A DNA stretch of 64,000 nt from Heterodontus francisci (taxonomy: Eukaryota), in assembly GCF_036365525.1 (NCBI RefSeq), contig NC_090404.1, positions 3,782,001 through 3,846,000 on the forward strand. Reading direction: 5' to 3'. Shown here one piece after another: positions 24,640 to 37,430 of this stretch; position 1 is the first letter of the stretch; each line of letters starts with the position of its first letter. The notes beneath the pieces were generated by a model, which worked only from the letters and a program-made list of their open reading frames with translations, was not told the origin of the DNA and did no database searches. The position numbers were made by a program, and so were the translations under genes.

Positions 24640-26225
24640 TTATAGAGTCATAGAGTCATACAGCATAGAAACAGGCCCTTCGGCCCACCGCGTCCATGCT
24701 GACCATAATGCCTATCTATACTAATCCAACCTGCCTGCATTAATTCCATATCCCTCTATGCCTTGCTCATTCAAGTACCTGTCCAGATGTCCCTTAAATG
24801 TTGCTACTCTTCCTGCCTCCACCACCTCCTCAGGCAGCTCATTCCAGATACCCACTATTCTTTGTGTGAAAAATTTACCCCTTTGATCCCCTTTAAACTT
24901 CCTCCCTCTCATCTTAAATCTATGCCCTCTACTTTTAGTCACCACTACCATGGGAAACAGACTCTGGCTATCTACCCTATCTATGCCTCTCATAATTTTA
25001 TATACCTCTATCATGTCCCCTCTCAGCCTCCTTCGCTCCAGGGAAAATGGACCCAGCCTATCCAATCTCTCTTTATAACTCAAGCCCTCCAAACCAGGCA
25101 ACATCCTTGTGAATCTTTTCTGCACCCTCTCTAGCTTAATCACATCTTTCCTGTAGTACGGCGACCAGAACTGCACACAGTACTCCAAATGCGGCCTAAC
25201 CAACGTTATGTATACCTGTAACATGACGTCCCAACTCCTGTACTCAATGCCTCGGTTGATGAAGGCAAGCATGCCATACGCCTTCTTCACCACCCTGTCT
25301 ACCTGTGTTACCACTTTCAGGGAACTATGTACTTGCACCCCAAGGTCTCTCTGCTCAACAACACTCCACAGGGCCCTGCCATTCACTGTATATGTCCTGC
25401 CCTGGTTTAACTTCCCAAAATGCATCACTTCACACTTGTCTGCGTTCAATTCCATTTGCCACTCCCTTGCCCACTTTCCCAGTTGATCTATATCCTGTTG
25501 TAACCTTAGACAACCTTCTTCACTGTCCACTATGCCACCAATTTTGGTGTCATCTGCAAACTTACTAATCATGCCCCTTACATTCACATCCAAGTCATTG
25601 ATATATACGATAAACAACAGAGGGTCCAGCACCGATCCCTGCAGCACACCATTGATCACCGGCCTCCAATCTGAAAAACAAACCTTCACTACCACCCTCT
25701 GCCTCCTATCACCAAGCCAATTTTGTATCCAATTTGCTAATACACCCTGGATCCCATGTGTTTGAACCTTCTGGACCAGCCTACCATGTGGGACCTTGTC
25801 AAAGGCCTTGCTAAAGTCCATGTAGACAACCTCCATCGCCTTGCCCTCGTCAATCCTCTTGGTCACCTCCTCTAAAAACTCAATCAAATTCGTGAGACAT
25901 TCTTAAAAAAAGGCACAACATTAGCTATCCTCCAGTCTTCCGGTACCTCACCCGTGGCTAACGAAGATATAAAAATCTCTGCCAGGGCCCCAGCAATCTT
26001 CTCCCTTGCTTCCCATAGCATCCTAGGATACACCTGGTCAGGCCTTGGGGATTTATCCACATGAATGTGCTTCAAAACCTACAACACCTCTACCTTTGTA
26101 ATGTTGATATGCTCCAGGATATTGGTGTTCCCTCCCTTGAACTCACTAGCTTCCATGACCTTCTCCACGGTAAATACAGATGAGAAATATTCATTTAAGA
26201 CCTCGCCCATTTCCCGTGGCTCCAG
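24640..26225 (-). mobile_element. CR1 LINE, 5'-truncated; 388-aa RT ORF (24721-25887)
   Basis: [37 protein letters not shown] motifs; (CTATGACT)n tail. Confidence 0.95.
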
Positions 26226-27189
26226 GGAGTTGGACATCAGACTGTCTCCTGTCTATATAGAGCTGCATTGTAGGGCTGGCAGCATTTTTGAAAGAGCTGA
26301 CCTTTCCCCAGAGCCCTGCAAATTCTTCCTTTTAAAGATTTAACCAATTCCCTTTGGAAGGTTGTAATTGAATCTGCTTCCACTTTCAGCCAGTGCATTC
26401 CAGATCACAGCAACTCGCTGATTATTTTGCCAATTATTTTGAGGTGTTCATCTGCTATTTAAATACATTTGCTCAGAAGATTTAATGTTAAATTTAAATA
26501 GGGGTTGTAGGTGTGATGCTCTATTCACACATGAAAGGTGAGAGAGATGCAGTGGGACATACGCTAAGTCCAGTAGCTGAAAGTGAGTAACAGACTGGGT
26601 TTTGTGTTTAATTATCCCGATGTTTTACCGATACCTTCCCTGGATCCCAAGGCTAACAGAGACACTCTGGAAGGTATGGGGAGCTGGGACTTGTCCATGA
26701 GAGTAATTGAAGGTATGAGAATGGAAACAACCTAAAGTTAGAAAGGAGAAAAGGCCCAAAAATGGAACAGTCTGTAACAGGAAATCAATTAGTCATCTCC
26801 TGTCCTGGAGAAATCAAGGACTGGACAAATGTTTGTTTGGAACAAATCTTATTTATTTGGTAAATACAAAAATTAAACTCCAGCCCAGTTGTAGGAGTTA
26901 TTGACATCAGCAGAAACCATCTCCACTTTCAGAATGAACTTGGTTCAGTCCTGGACATGATTAACAGCAGAATCCAAACTTGCATTTCGATAGCACCTTG
27001 AGCATAATCAAACATCCAAAGCTCATTATAAAACAAAATAGATACCAAGCAGTCTAGTGCAATATAAACAGCGACAGGGTCTAGTGTAACGAAAAGAGAC
27101 AGGCCCTAGTGTAATATGAAGAGAGGTAAGGTCTTTTTTTTTCATTCATGGGATGTGGGCATCGCTGGCCAGGCCAGCATTTATTGCCC

Positions 27190-27895
27190 ATAAGTAATAA
27201 GGAATGCAAATGGAATGTTGGTGTTATTGCAATGAAGATGGAGTATAAAAGTAGGGAAGTCTTGCCACAACTTTACAGGGCATTGCTGAGACCGTACCTG
27301 GTGTACTGCACACAGTTTTGGTCTCCTTACTTAAGGAGGGATGTACTCACATTGGAAGCAGTTCAGAGAATTTTCACCAGGCTGATTCCTGGAATGAAAG
27401 GGTTGCCTGACGAAGAAAGGTTGAGCAGTTTGGTTCTATACTCACTGGAGTTTAGGAGAATGAGAGATGATCCTATTGAAACATATAAGATTCTGAGGGG
27501 GTTTGAAAGGGTAGATGCTGAGAGGATCTTTCCCCTCATGGGGGAATCTAGAACTCGGGGCCACCGTTTCAAAATAAGGGCTCTCCCATTTAAGACCGAC
27601 GTGAAGAGGAATTTCTTCTCTCAGAGGGTCATTAGTGTTTGCAATTCACTTTCCCAGAGGGCAATGGAGGCTGGGTCATTGTATATATTCAAAGTTAGAC
27701 ACATTTTTGATCTACAAGTAAGTCAATGGTTATCAGATGGTTGGGGGTGGGGGGGTGGTGGGCGGGTCGGAGGGGGTTGTGGGGGGCAGATAGGAAAGTG
27801 GAGTTAAGGCCACGATCAGATTAGCCAGAATCTTATTGAATGACGGAGCAAGCTCCGGGGCCGAATGGCCTACTCCTGCTCCTATTTCTTCTGTT
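27190..27895 (+). mobile_element. CR1 LINE 3' fragment
   Basis: YKSREVL..LYRAL.RPYL.YC.QFWSP motif. Confidence 0.88.
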
Positions 27896-27903
27896 TAGAT
27901 GGA

Positions 27904-27934
<31 letters not shown>

Positions 27935-28269
27935 TGAGGGTCATTCATCTTAATATTAAATAAAGATGTACATTTGTGTGTCAGGATTTCATCATTTTTG
28001 ATTGGAAGGCAGTTGTATTCAATTTCTAATTGCTCTGTATTATGTGGGTAATACATGTATTGAAACGATGGGGTGAATCTTGTAACAATCTCCCCCTTCA
28101 GTGAATACATTAAAACCTAAATAAACTCATGTGTTTTATTCTTTAAAATGTAAATGGAGGTGAATGCAATGTTGATACCAGAAGCAATCTGTACGCTGGT
28201 TCTTGGTGCTGTCAGAGTGAATCCACCCTCACAGGCAGGAAGACTGTTCATGGTGATAACATGAAACTG

Positions 28270-28600
28270 ACACCTGCTATTTCCTTCTCAGGCAACACAA
28301 CTTCCTGTTTCTCTGCTGCCGGTTCCAAACCACACATCTCACTTCTGAGCAGAAAATAAATCCAGGGGCCACAATCTGGCGGAAACATCTGCCAAGGTGG
28401 CCTATATCTGTCCACAGAGTCAGTGCAGAGTCACACAGTTCACATTGTAGTGGCGTTTACAAATGAACCTGCTGTTTCTGTTTCGAATCTCCATTCCAGA
28501 ACATAACTGACCATGTCTGTGGATCAGTCACTGAGCTCCTTCTGCTCTCCGAAACTGGGAGCTGGTAGTTTGCTCCCCTTCAGTTTATATTATTTTCTCG
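28270..28600 (+). other. Candidate immune-type promoter plus signal-peptide-like first exon (ATG 28513, phase-1 donor after 28600)
   Basis: E-box CACCTG 28271, ACTTCCTGTTTCTC (ETS/IRF-like) 28300, AACCACA (RUNX) 28328; accATG..MSVDQSLSSFCSPKLGAGSLLPFSLYYFL G|GTGAGC. Confidence 0.4.
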
Positions 28601-29307
28601 GTGAGCTCTTTGTCTCCTCTATTTCTCAGCTTTTATCTCTCACCGCCCGGTGTTTCTGCCTTTTTAAAAGTCTCTTTCAGCTTTTCTCTCAGTCCTTCTC
28701 TCTCTCGTTCTCTTGTATCTCTCTCCATCAGTGTGTGTGTGTTCCAATTTAATAGAGAGGTTCAAAATAATGAGGGTTTTTTGATAGATTATGGAAGGAA
28801 AAACAGGTGTTTCCTCCTTCGAACAGGGAAGGCTAAGGGGACATTTAATAGAAGTGTGCAAAATCTGAAAGGGTTTTTGATAGAGGAGATAGGGAGAAAC
28901 TGTTGCCAGGATCAGGAGGGTTTGTAACCAGAGGACACAGAGATTTAAGATATTTGGCAACAGTACCAGAGGGGAAGATGAGGAGAATTTTGTTTTAACA
29001 CAGCGATTCGTTGTGATCGAGAATGCACAGCCTGAAAGGCCACTGGAAGCAGATTGAACAGTAACGTTCAAAGGGAACTGGACAAATACCTGAAGGGGGA
29101 CAGATTGGCAGCGTTATGGGGAATGGGACTAATTGGACAGCTCACTCATTTTTGTAAAACTCTGAATTTTCCTCTGGTGAGGTTTTGAAATTTTATCTTT
29201 TCAGTCATAAAGTGCCTCAAACAGAAGATTTAAAACATCAGTTGCTATGAACTGTCAGATCCGGCCGCATTGTTTCTGTGTAACACGGCGACTGCAAAAA
29301 TGTAAAA

Positions 29308-29690
29308 AAGACTTGCATTTATATAGTGCCTTTCACAACCAACAGCTGTTTCAAAACGCTTTCCAACCAATGAAGTACTTTTGAAGTGTTGTCACGGTTG
29401 TAATGTAGGAAACACAGCAGATAATTGAGGAATAAACGTTGGCCAGACAATCGGTGATAACTCCCTTGCTCTTCTGCCAAATACTTCCATGGTATCCTTC
29501 ACATCCACCCGAGCAGGCAGATGGGGCCTCCGTTTAACATCTCATCTGAAAGACGGCACTTCCGGCAGTGCAGCACTCCCTCAGTACTGCACTGCAGAGT
29601 CAGCCTTGATTTGTGTGCTCAAGCCCTGGAGTGGGTCTTGAACCCAAAAGCTTGTGACTCAAAAACAAGAGTGTTACTAACCGAGATACA
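29308..29690 (-). mobile_element. DeuSINE (SacSINE1/AmnSINE1-like)
   Basis: Deu-domain GTGCAGTACTGAGGGAGTGCTGCACTG..GTGCCGTCTTTCAGATGAGATGTTAAAC and tail CTATATAAATGCAAGT on the minus strand. Confidence 0.8.
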
Positions 29691-30638
29691 GCTGAAGAAA
29701 GGTGAGACGGGACAGATTCTTTTCAGTTTCTCTGAGAGATGCACCATTGTCATCTCACATATAAGAAATCTCTGCAGTCTGCCCTGTACTCATGGTCACC
29801 CCCTTTTGTGTATCAGCTCTTAGTCAGGTGGAGTCAGTCACATGTGCCTCTGTCATGACGTTTCCGCTCCTATTTTATCACACAATCCCTGTGTCATTCA
29901 CCATAACTTAGAAGCCTGCACTAGGCCCAAGACTTCATTGCTTCCCTGCACCTTGTCTTCCTATTACAATCAGGTGTTTATTAGGCTCCCTGCCTCACTC
30001 CAGGTAAGTGTACCTGCAGTAAAAGCAGCCTCTGTTATTGATACCCTGGAGCCAGCCTCTGTGAGTATTATTATATCAGGTCCCAGACTGCCCCGGGCCC
30101 TGTAGTCGTAACTCCCTTCACAAATCCAAGGAGGAAGAGGTTGTTTTTTTAGGAGTGGGCAGGCACGTCAAACCTGGAATGATATCCCAGGAAACTTTGC
30201 CTTGCTGGATGGAGAAACTGCCCAGAGTTGCTCTGTCTGCCATTCCCCTCACTCCTTCTGAGTCTAAGAAAATGGTGAGGAAAAGAAGAACAGAAAGGCT
30301 AACATTTACATTGCACTGGGGACATCGGACTAGATTATGTGGTCGAGTCTCTGGAGCGGGATGTAGAGTTTAGAGTGTCAGCAATTAGTCAATGCTGCCA
30401 TGATCAGCTCCCAGCTCCCATTACACAAGGCAGTGCTTGTATTATTACACTAAGCCCATCTCATTCAAACTGCAGTGGTCATTGACTCTGTTATGAGGTG
30501 TTAGGCAAAGTATTTGCTGTTATATCAATAGATTCTGACTCACTTGCACTATGATAGGAGACCAAAGCTTTGGTTTTGATGCACTGGATAGTGACTGTGT
30601 TATCATCACACAGGATGTAGTGATGTGTTCAGTAATAC

Positions 30639-30872
30639 ATGGGAAACCCCTCGAACTGTATCGTTAATATTCTCAATTGCTGTAAATGTAAAACTGTAAT
30701 TGACATGACAATTGTGAAACGGAAGGGTTGGGAAGAAACTCATGACAGTATTGAAGGAAACTGATCTCCCTTGCAATGTTTGTATTTTTTGGTGCTGTTT
30801 GGAAACTGTTTGGCAATGTAATTTTTACAGATTTTTATGAATAAAGTATATTTTGGAAATTAAAAAAAAAAA
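30639..30872 (+). mobile_element. Tx1-like LINE 3' UTR fragment with poly(A)
   Basis: Appears identical to the reverse complement of about 5695-5930; AATACA on both flanks (TSD-like). Confidence 0.92.
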
Positions 30873-31430
30873 ATACACTGCAGCCTGCCTCTGTTATTAT
30901 TGGATCAAACACTGCCTTTGTTACACTCAAAGTAAGCCACGTCTTTGCTGTTATACTCTGGATCCTGCCTCTACTCTTATTGTATTAGACCCTGTCTGTG
31001 TAATTGTTACACATTGCCATTCTTATTTTTAGAAAAATAACCTGTCTGTTATTCTAATTCTAGTGCACACCTCTATTATTATTGCTGGACACTTTGTCTC
31101 TGTCACTTTTCAGTAGGACCATGTTTCTGGTATTGTGAATGCTAACCCTGCTTCTGTTAGTCTTACACTATAACCACTTTCAGTTATTATTGTACAAAGT
31201 ATTGTTTCAATTATTATTACATCAAGACATGGTTCTTATAGTTTCACCTGATGTCCTGTCTCTCTGTTATCATTGCACGAGGCCATATCTCTGTTTATAT
31301 CACACGGTATTAAACAATCTGCAATTACAGTTTGAATAAAAGGAAATAAAATGCAGAAACAATCTGGTCAAATAGGTTATCTATCTTTGTGGAACCACCT
31401 TGCAACCGTTAAGGATGATTTATTTGGTGT

Positions 31431-31466
<36 letters not shown>

Positions 31467-31944
31467 GCACTCATATATATAAAACATTGTGTGTTTTCAT
31501 TTCAGTTGTCCCTGTTGATCAGATGATTGAACTTGGTGGACGTTAGGACCCTGCGGCAGCTTGTCGGTTGGGACTGCGGGGTTACTGTTCCAGGCTGTTT
31601 CTAACACAATCACGAGGTCAAGTGAAGTCGAAATCCCGCAGGGACAAAAAATCCTTAACATGAAAAAGTGAGCAATTGTCGCAGTACAACACAAGTGTGA
31701 ATGAGTAAACTTTAACACAACAGAGTTTGTCACCAAGTATTGTGAAGTGCAGTGCACCATGACTGACCTTTAGTCCTGTCCTTCAATCCCAGTCCGTCTC
31801 CGGGAGATTGTTGCAGGATTCACCCCATCCCTTCAACACAAATGTTACCCACATAATAACAGAACAATTCGAAATTTCACACAGCTATTAACAAGATTGA
31901 AGGTATAGAAAATGATTGCACCTTCCCACATACAAAAATAGAGT

Positions 31945-32710
31945 AACATTGGGCCACACAAGTGCCAGGCAATGACCATCTCCAACAAAAGAGAATCTAA
32001 CCATCTCCCCTTGATATTCAATGGCATTACCATCGCTGAATCCCCCACTATCAACATCCTGGGGGCTAACCATTGACCAGAAACTGAACTGAAGTAGCCA
32101 TATAAATACCGTGGCTACAAGAGCAGGTCAGAGGCTGGGAATCCTGTGGCGAGTAACTCACCTCCTGACTCCCCAAAGCCTGTCCACCATCTACAAGGCA
32201 CAAGTCAGGAGTGTGATGGAATACTCTCCACTTGCCTGGATGGGTGCAGCTCCAACAACACTCAAGAAGCTCGACACCGTCCAAAACAAAGCTGCCCGCT
32301 TGATTGGCACCACATCCGCAAGCATTCACTCCCTTTACCACCGATGCACAGTGGCAGCAGTGTATACCATCTACAAGATGTACTGCAGCAACGCACCAAG
32401 TGTGTGACAACACCTTCCAAACCCACAACCTCTACCACCTAGTGGGACAACAGGTGCAAGGGAACACCACCACCTGCAAGTTCCCCTCTAAGCCACACAC
32501 CATTCTGCCTTGGAACTATATCGCAGTCGCTATGTCGCTGGGTCAAAATCCTGGAAATATCTTCTCAACAGCACTGTGGGTGTACCTACCCCACATGGAC
32601 TGCAGCGGTTCAAGAAGGCAGCTCACCAACACCTTCTCAATGGCAATTCGGGATGGGCAAAAAATGCTGGCCTAGCCAGTGACACCCACATCCTAGGAAT
32701 GAATAAAAAC
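31945..32710 (+). mobile_element. CR1-group LINE (second family) 3' fragment
   Basis: Homologous to 13500-14240 (IYKAQVRSVMEYSPLAW). Confidence 0.88.
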
Positions 32711-32719
32711 AAAGAAAGA

Positions 32720-35700
32720 AAGGCTCTAGTGTAACATAAAAAGACACATGACAAGGTCCAGTGATAACTGAGACAGGGACTAGTTTAATATAAACAGAGA
32801 CAGGGTCTAGTGCAGTAAGAAGAGAGATCCAGTCTAGCGTAATATAAAAATAGTCACAACGACTAGTGTAATATAAAAATAAATATGAAAAATCCAGTGA
32901 TAACTGAGACAGGGTGTAGTGTAATTTAATCAGAGACAGGGCCTGGTGCAGTAAGATTAGAGACAGGGTCATCTGTAATATAAACAGAGACACGGCGAAG
33001 TCCACTGATAACTGAGACAGAGTCGAGTGTAATTTAAACAGAGACAAACTTTAGTGTTCTGTAAAGAGAAAGGGTCTAGTGGAATATCAACAGAAACAGG
33101 GTCTAGTAGAATATAAACAGAGAAGGGATCTAGTGTAATATAACCAGACAAGGCCTCGTTTAATATAAACAGAGATAGGGCCTAGTGGAGTAGAAACAGA
33201 GATAGGGTCTCGAGCAATACGAACAGTGTTAGGCTCTAGTGCAACATAAACAGAGACAAGGCGAAATTCAATGATGACTGAGATAGGGTTGAGTGTAACA
33301 TAAATCGAGCCAGGGCCTAGCGTATTACAAACAGAGGCATGATCGAGTGTAATATAAACAGAGACAGGGCAAGTTTACTATAGACAGAAACAGGTTCTCA
33401 TGTAATATAAACAGAGGCAGCATCTCGTGTAATATAAATAGAGACAGGATCCAGTGTACTGTAATCAGAGATGGGGTCTAGTGCAACATAAACAGAGACA
33501 GAGTCTAGTGTAATCTAAAGAGAGAAAGGGCCTAGTTTAATATAAACTGAGATAGGGTATACATTAAAATAAACAGAGGCGGGGTCTAGTGTAATATTAA
33601 GAGAGACAGGGTCTACAGTAATATAAACAGAGACAGGGTCTACAGTAATACAAACAGAGACAGGGTCTAGTGTAATATAAACAGAGACAGGGCCTAGTTT
33701 AGAACAAAGAACAAAGAACAGTACAGCACAGGAACAGGCCATTCGGCCCTCCAAGCCTGCGTCGATCTTGATGCCTGCCTAACCTAAATCCTTCTGCACT
33801 TCCGGGGCCAATATCCCTCTATTCCCATCCGATTCATGTATTTTTCAAGATGCCTCTTAAACTTCGCTATCGTATCTGCTTCCACCACCTCCCCTGGCAG
33901 CAAGTTCCAGGCACTCACCACCCTCTGCGTAAAGAACTTGCCTCGCACATCCCCTCTAAACTTTGCCCCTCTCACCTTAAACCTATGTCCCCTAGTAACT
34001 GACTCTTCCACCCTGGGAAAAAGCTTCTGACTATCCACTCTGTCCATGCTGCTCATAACTTTGTAAACCTCTATCATGTCACCCCTCCACCTCCGTCGTT
34101 CCAGTGAAAACAATCTGAGTTTATCCAACCTCTCCTCATAGCTAATGCCCTCCAGACCAGGCAACATCTTGGTAAACCTCTTCTGTACCCTCTCCGAAGC
34201 CTCCGCGTCCTTCCGGTAGTGTGACGACCAGAATTGCACGCAATATTCTAAGTGTGGCCTAACTAAAGTTCCGTACAGCTGCAGCATGACTTGCCAATTT
34301 TTATACTCTATGCCCCGACCGATGAAGGCAAGCATGCCGTATGCCTTCTTGACTACCTTATCCACCTGCGTTGCCACTTTCAGTGACCTGTGGACTTGTA
34401 CGCCCAGATCTCTCTGCCTGTCAATACTCCTAAGGGTTCTGCCATTTTCTGTATACTTCCCACCTGTATTAGATCTTCCAAAATGCATTACCTCACATTT
34501 GTCCGGATTAAATTCCATCTGCCATTTCTCCGCCCAAGTCTCCAACCGATCTATATCCTGCTGTATCCTCTGACAATCCTCATCACTATCCGCAACTCCA
34601 CCAACCTTTGTGTCGTCCACAAACTTACTAATCAGACCAGCTACATTTTCCTCCAAATCATTTATATATATTACAAAGAGCAAAGGTTCCAGCACTGATC
34701 CCTGCGGAACACCACTAGTCACATCCCTCCATTCAGAAAAGCACCCTTCCACTGCTACCCTCTGTCTTCTATGACTGAGCCAGTTCTGTATCCATCTTGC
34801 CAGCTCACCTCTGATCCCATGTGACTTCACCTTTTGTACCAGTCTGCCATGCGGGACCTTGTCAAAGGCTGTACTGAAGTTCTTCCCTCATCAATCATCT
34901 TCGTCACTTCCTCAAAAAACTCAATCAAATTAGTAAGACACGACCTCCCCTTCACAAAACCATGCTGTCTCTCGCTAATAAGTTCGTTTGTTTCCAAATG
35001 GGAGTAAATCCTGTCCCGAAGAATCCTCTCTAATAATTTCCCTACCATTGATGTAAGGCTCACCGGCCTATAATTTCCTGGATTATCCTTGCTACCCTTC
35101 TTAAACAATATAATAAATATATATATATATTTAATATAAACAGAGACAGTGTCCAGTGTAATACAAACAGGATCAGCGTCTAGTGTAATATAAATAGAGA
35201 TAGGGTGTACAGTAATGCAAACAGAGACACCGTCTAGTGTCATATCAACAGAGGTGGGGTCTAGTGGAATGTAAACAGAGATAGGCCATATTGTAATATA
35301 AACAGAGGTGGGGTATAATGTAATATCAACAAAGATGAGGTCTAGTGTAATATAAGCAGAGACAGGGAACAGAGACTGGGTATAGTGTAATTTAAACAGA
35401 GAGAGGATATTGTGTAATATCAACAAAGATAGCATCTAGTGTAATATAAACAGAGACAGAGTATAGTGTAATATGAACAGTGTTGGGGTCTAGTATAATA
35501 TAAACAGAGTGATCCTAGTGTAATATAAACACAATATTAATGAAGCGAGAGGGCTTAGTTTGATACAAAGAGACATGTTTCAGTGGAGTAATAACAGGGA
35601 CATGGTCCAGTGTAATATAAACGGAGACATTGACTAGTCCAGTATTAAATGAGACTGGGTTTAGTGTAGTATAAACATACATAGGGTTTGGTGCAGCAAT

Positions 35701-37430
35701 AACAGAGACTTTGCCGAATTTAATATAAACAGAGACATAGACCTGTGTAGTAACAGCTGAAAGAGGGACTAGTGCAATATGACCGGAGACAGGCATGTTG
35801 TAATATAAACAGGGACAGGGTCCTTTGCAGGAATTCTGAGACAGGGCCTAGTGCACCAATTATTGATATAAGACCTATATAATATAAACCAACACTGGGT
35901 CTAGTTCAGTAATTACTGAGACAGGGCCAAGTGCAGTAAAATCTGAGATTGGGTCGTGGAGTAATAACAGATATCGTCTTGTGTAATTTAAATAGATGCA
36001 TGTTCCAGTGTAATATGAAGAGTCAAGTGTAGTAATAAGTGAAACAGGGCCTAGTATAAGAAAAACTGAGACAAGGTCCAGTGCAGTTTTAACTGCTAGA
36101 GGACATTGTGTAATATATACTGAGACAGACCCTAGTGCAGTAACACTAATGCAGGACCTCGATTTCTATGAGCTGAGACATGGACAAGTGCAGCAATAGG
36201 TGAGACAGCATTCCGTGTAATAGTAACAGAGAGATGGTTCATTACAGTAATAGCAGAGATAGGGCTTTGTGTGGCAGAAACAGAAACGTGGTCTAGTGCA
36301 GTAATAACCTAGACAGGGCATTGTGCAGTCCAAGTAGAAACATGGTTTAGTGCATTAAAACCTGAGATTGGGCCAATGTAGAAATAGCTGAGGCATGGAC
36401 TGTTTTTATATGATCAGAGACAAGGTTTGTTGCAATGCAAATAGGAAAATGACGGATTGTAATGTAAATGGAGACAACATCTAGCATAATATAGACTAAA
36501 GCAGGCTCAATCTTAACATAAACTGAGACAAGATCCAGTGTAATATTAACCGAGACAGGCTCTAGTGTAATATAAACTGAGACAGCATCTAGTGCAATAT
36601 AAACAGAGACAGGGCCTAGTGTAATATAAACAGAGACAGGGTCTAGTGTAATATAAACTGAGACAGCATCTAGTGTAATATAAACTGAGACAGCATCTAG
36701 TGCAATATAAACAGAGACAGGGTCTAGTGTAATATAAACTGAGACAGCATCTAGTGTAATATAAACAGAGACAGTGTCTAGTGTAATATAAACAGAGACA
36801 GGGTCTAGTGTAATATAAACTGAGACAGCATCTAGTGTAATATAAACAGAGACAGGGCCTAGTGTAATATAAACTGAGACAGCATCTAGTGTAATATAAA
36901 CAGAGACAGGGCCTAGTGTAATATAAACTGAGACAGCATCTAGTGTAATATAAACAGAGACAGGGCCTAGTGTAATATAAACTGCGACAGCATCTAGTGC
37001 AATATAAACAGAGGCAGGTCTAGTGTAATATAAACTGAGACAGCATCTAGTGCAATATAAACAGAGGCAGGCCTAGTGTAATATAAACTGAGACAGCATC
37101 TAGTGTAATATAAACAGAGGCAGGGCCTAGTGTAATATAAACTGAGACAGCATCTAGTGCAATATAAACAGGCAGGGTCTAGTGTAATATAAACTGAGAC
37201 AGCATCTAGTGTAATATAAACAGAGACAGCATCTAGTGCAATATAAACAGAGGCAGGGTCTAGTGTAATATAAACTGAGACAGCATCTAGTGCAATATAA
37301 ACAGAGACAGGACCTAGTGTAATATAAAGTGAGACAGCATCTAGTGCAATATAAACAGGCAGGGTCTAGTGTAATATAAAGTGAGACAGCATCTAGAGCA
37401 GTAATAACCGAGGCAGTGCCTGTTTCATGT
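32720..37430. repeat. 27-bp satellite (TCTAGTGTAATATAAACAGAGACAGGG)n, interrupted by a CR1; degenerate extension at 39300-40000
   Basis: 27-nt period (36616 then 36643); homogeneous core about 36530-37400, degenerate flanks. Confidence 0.92.
33701..35110 (-). mobile_element. Young CR1 LINE, 5'-truncated (RT ORF 33784-34830)
   Basis: [26 protein letters not shown] motifs; (TTGTTCT)n tail. Confidence 0.95.
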
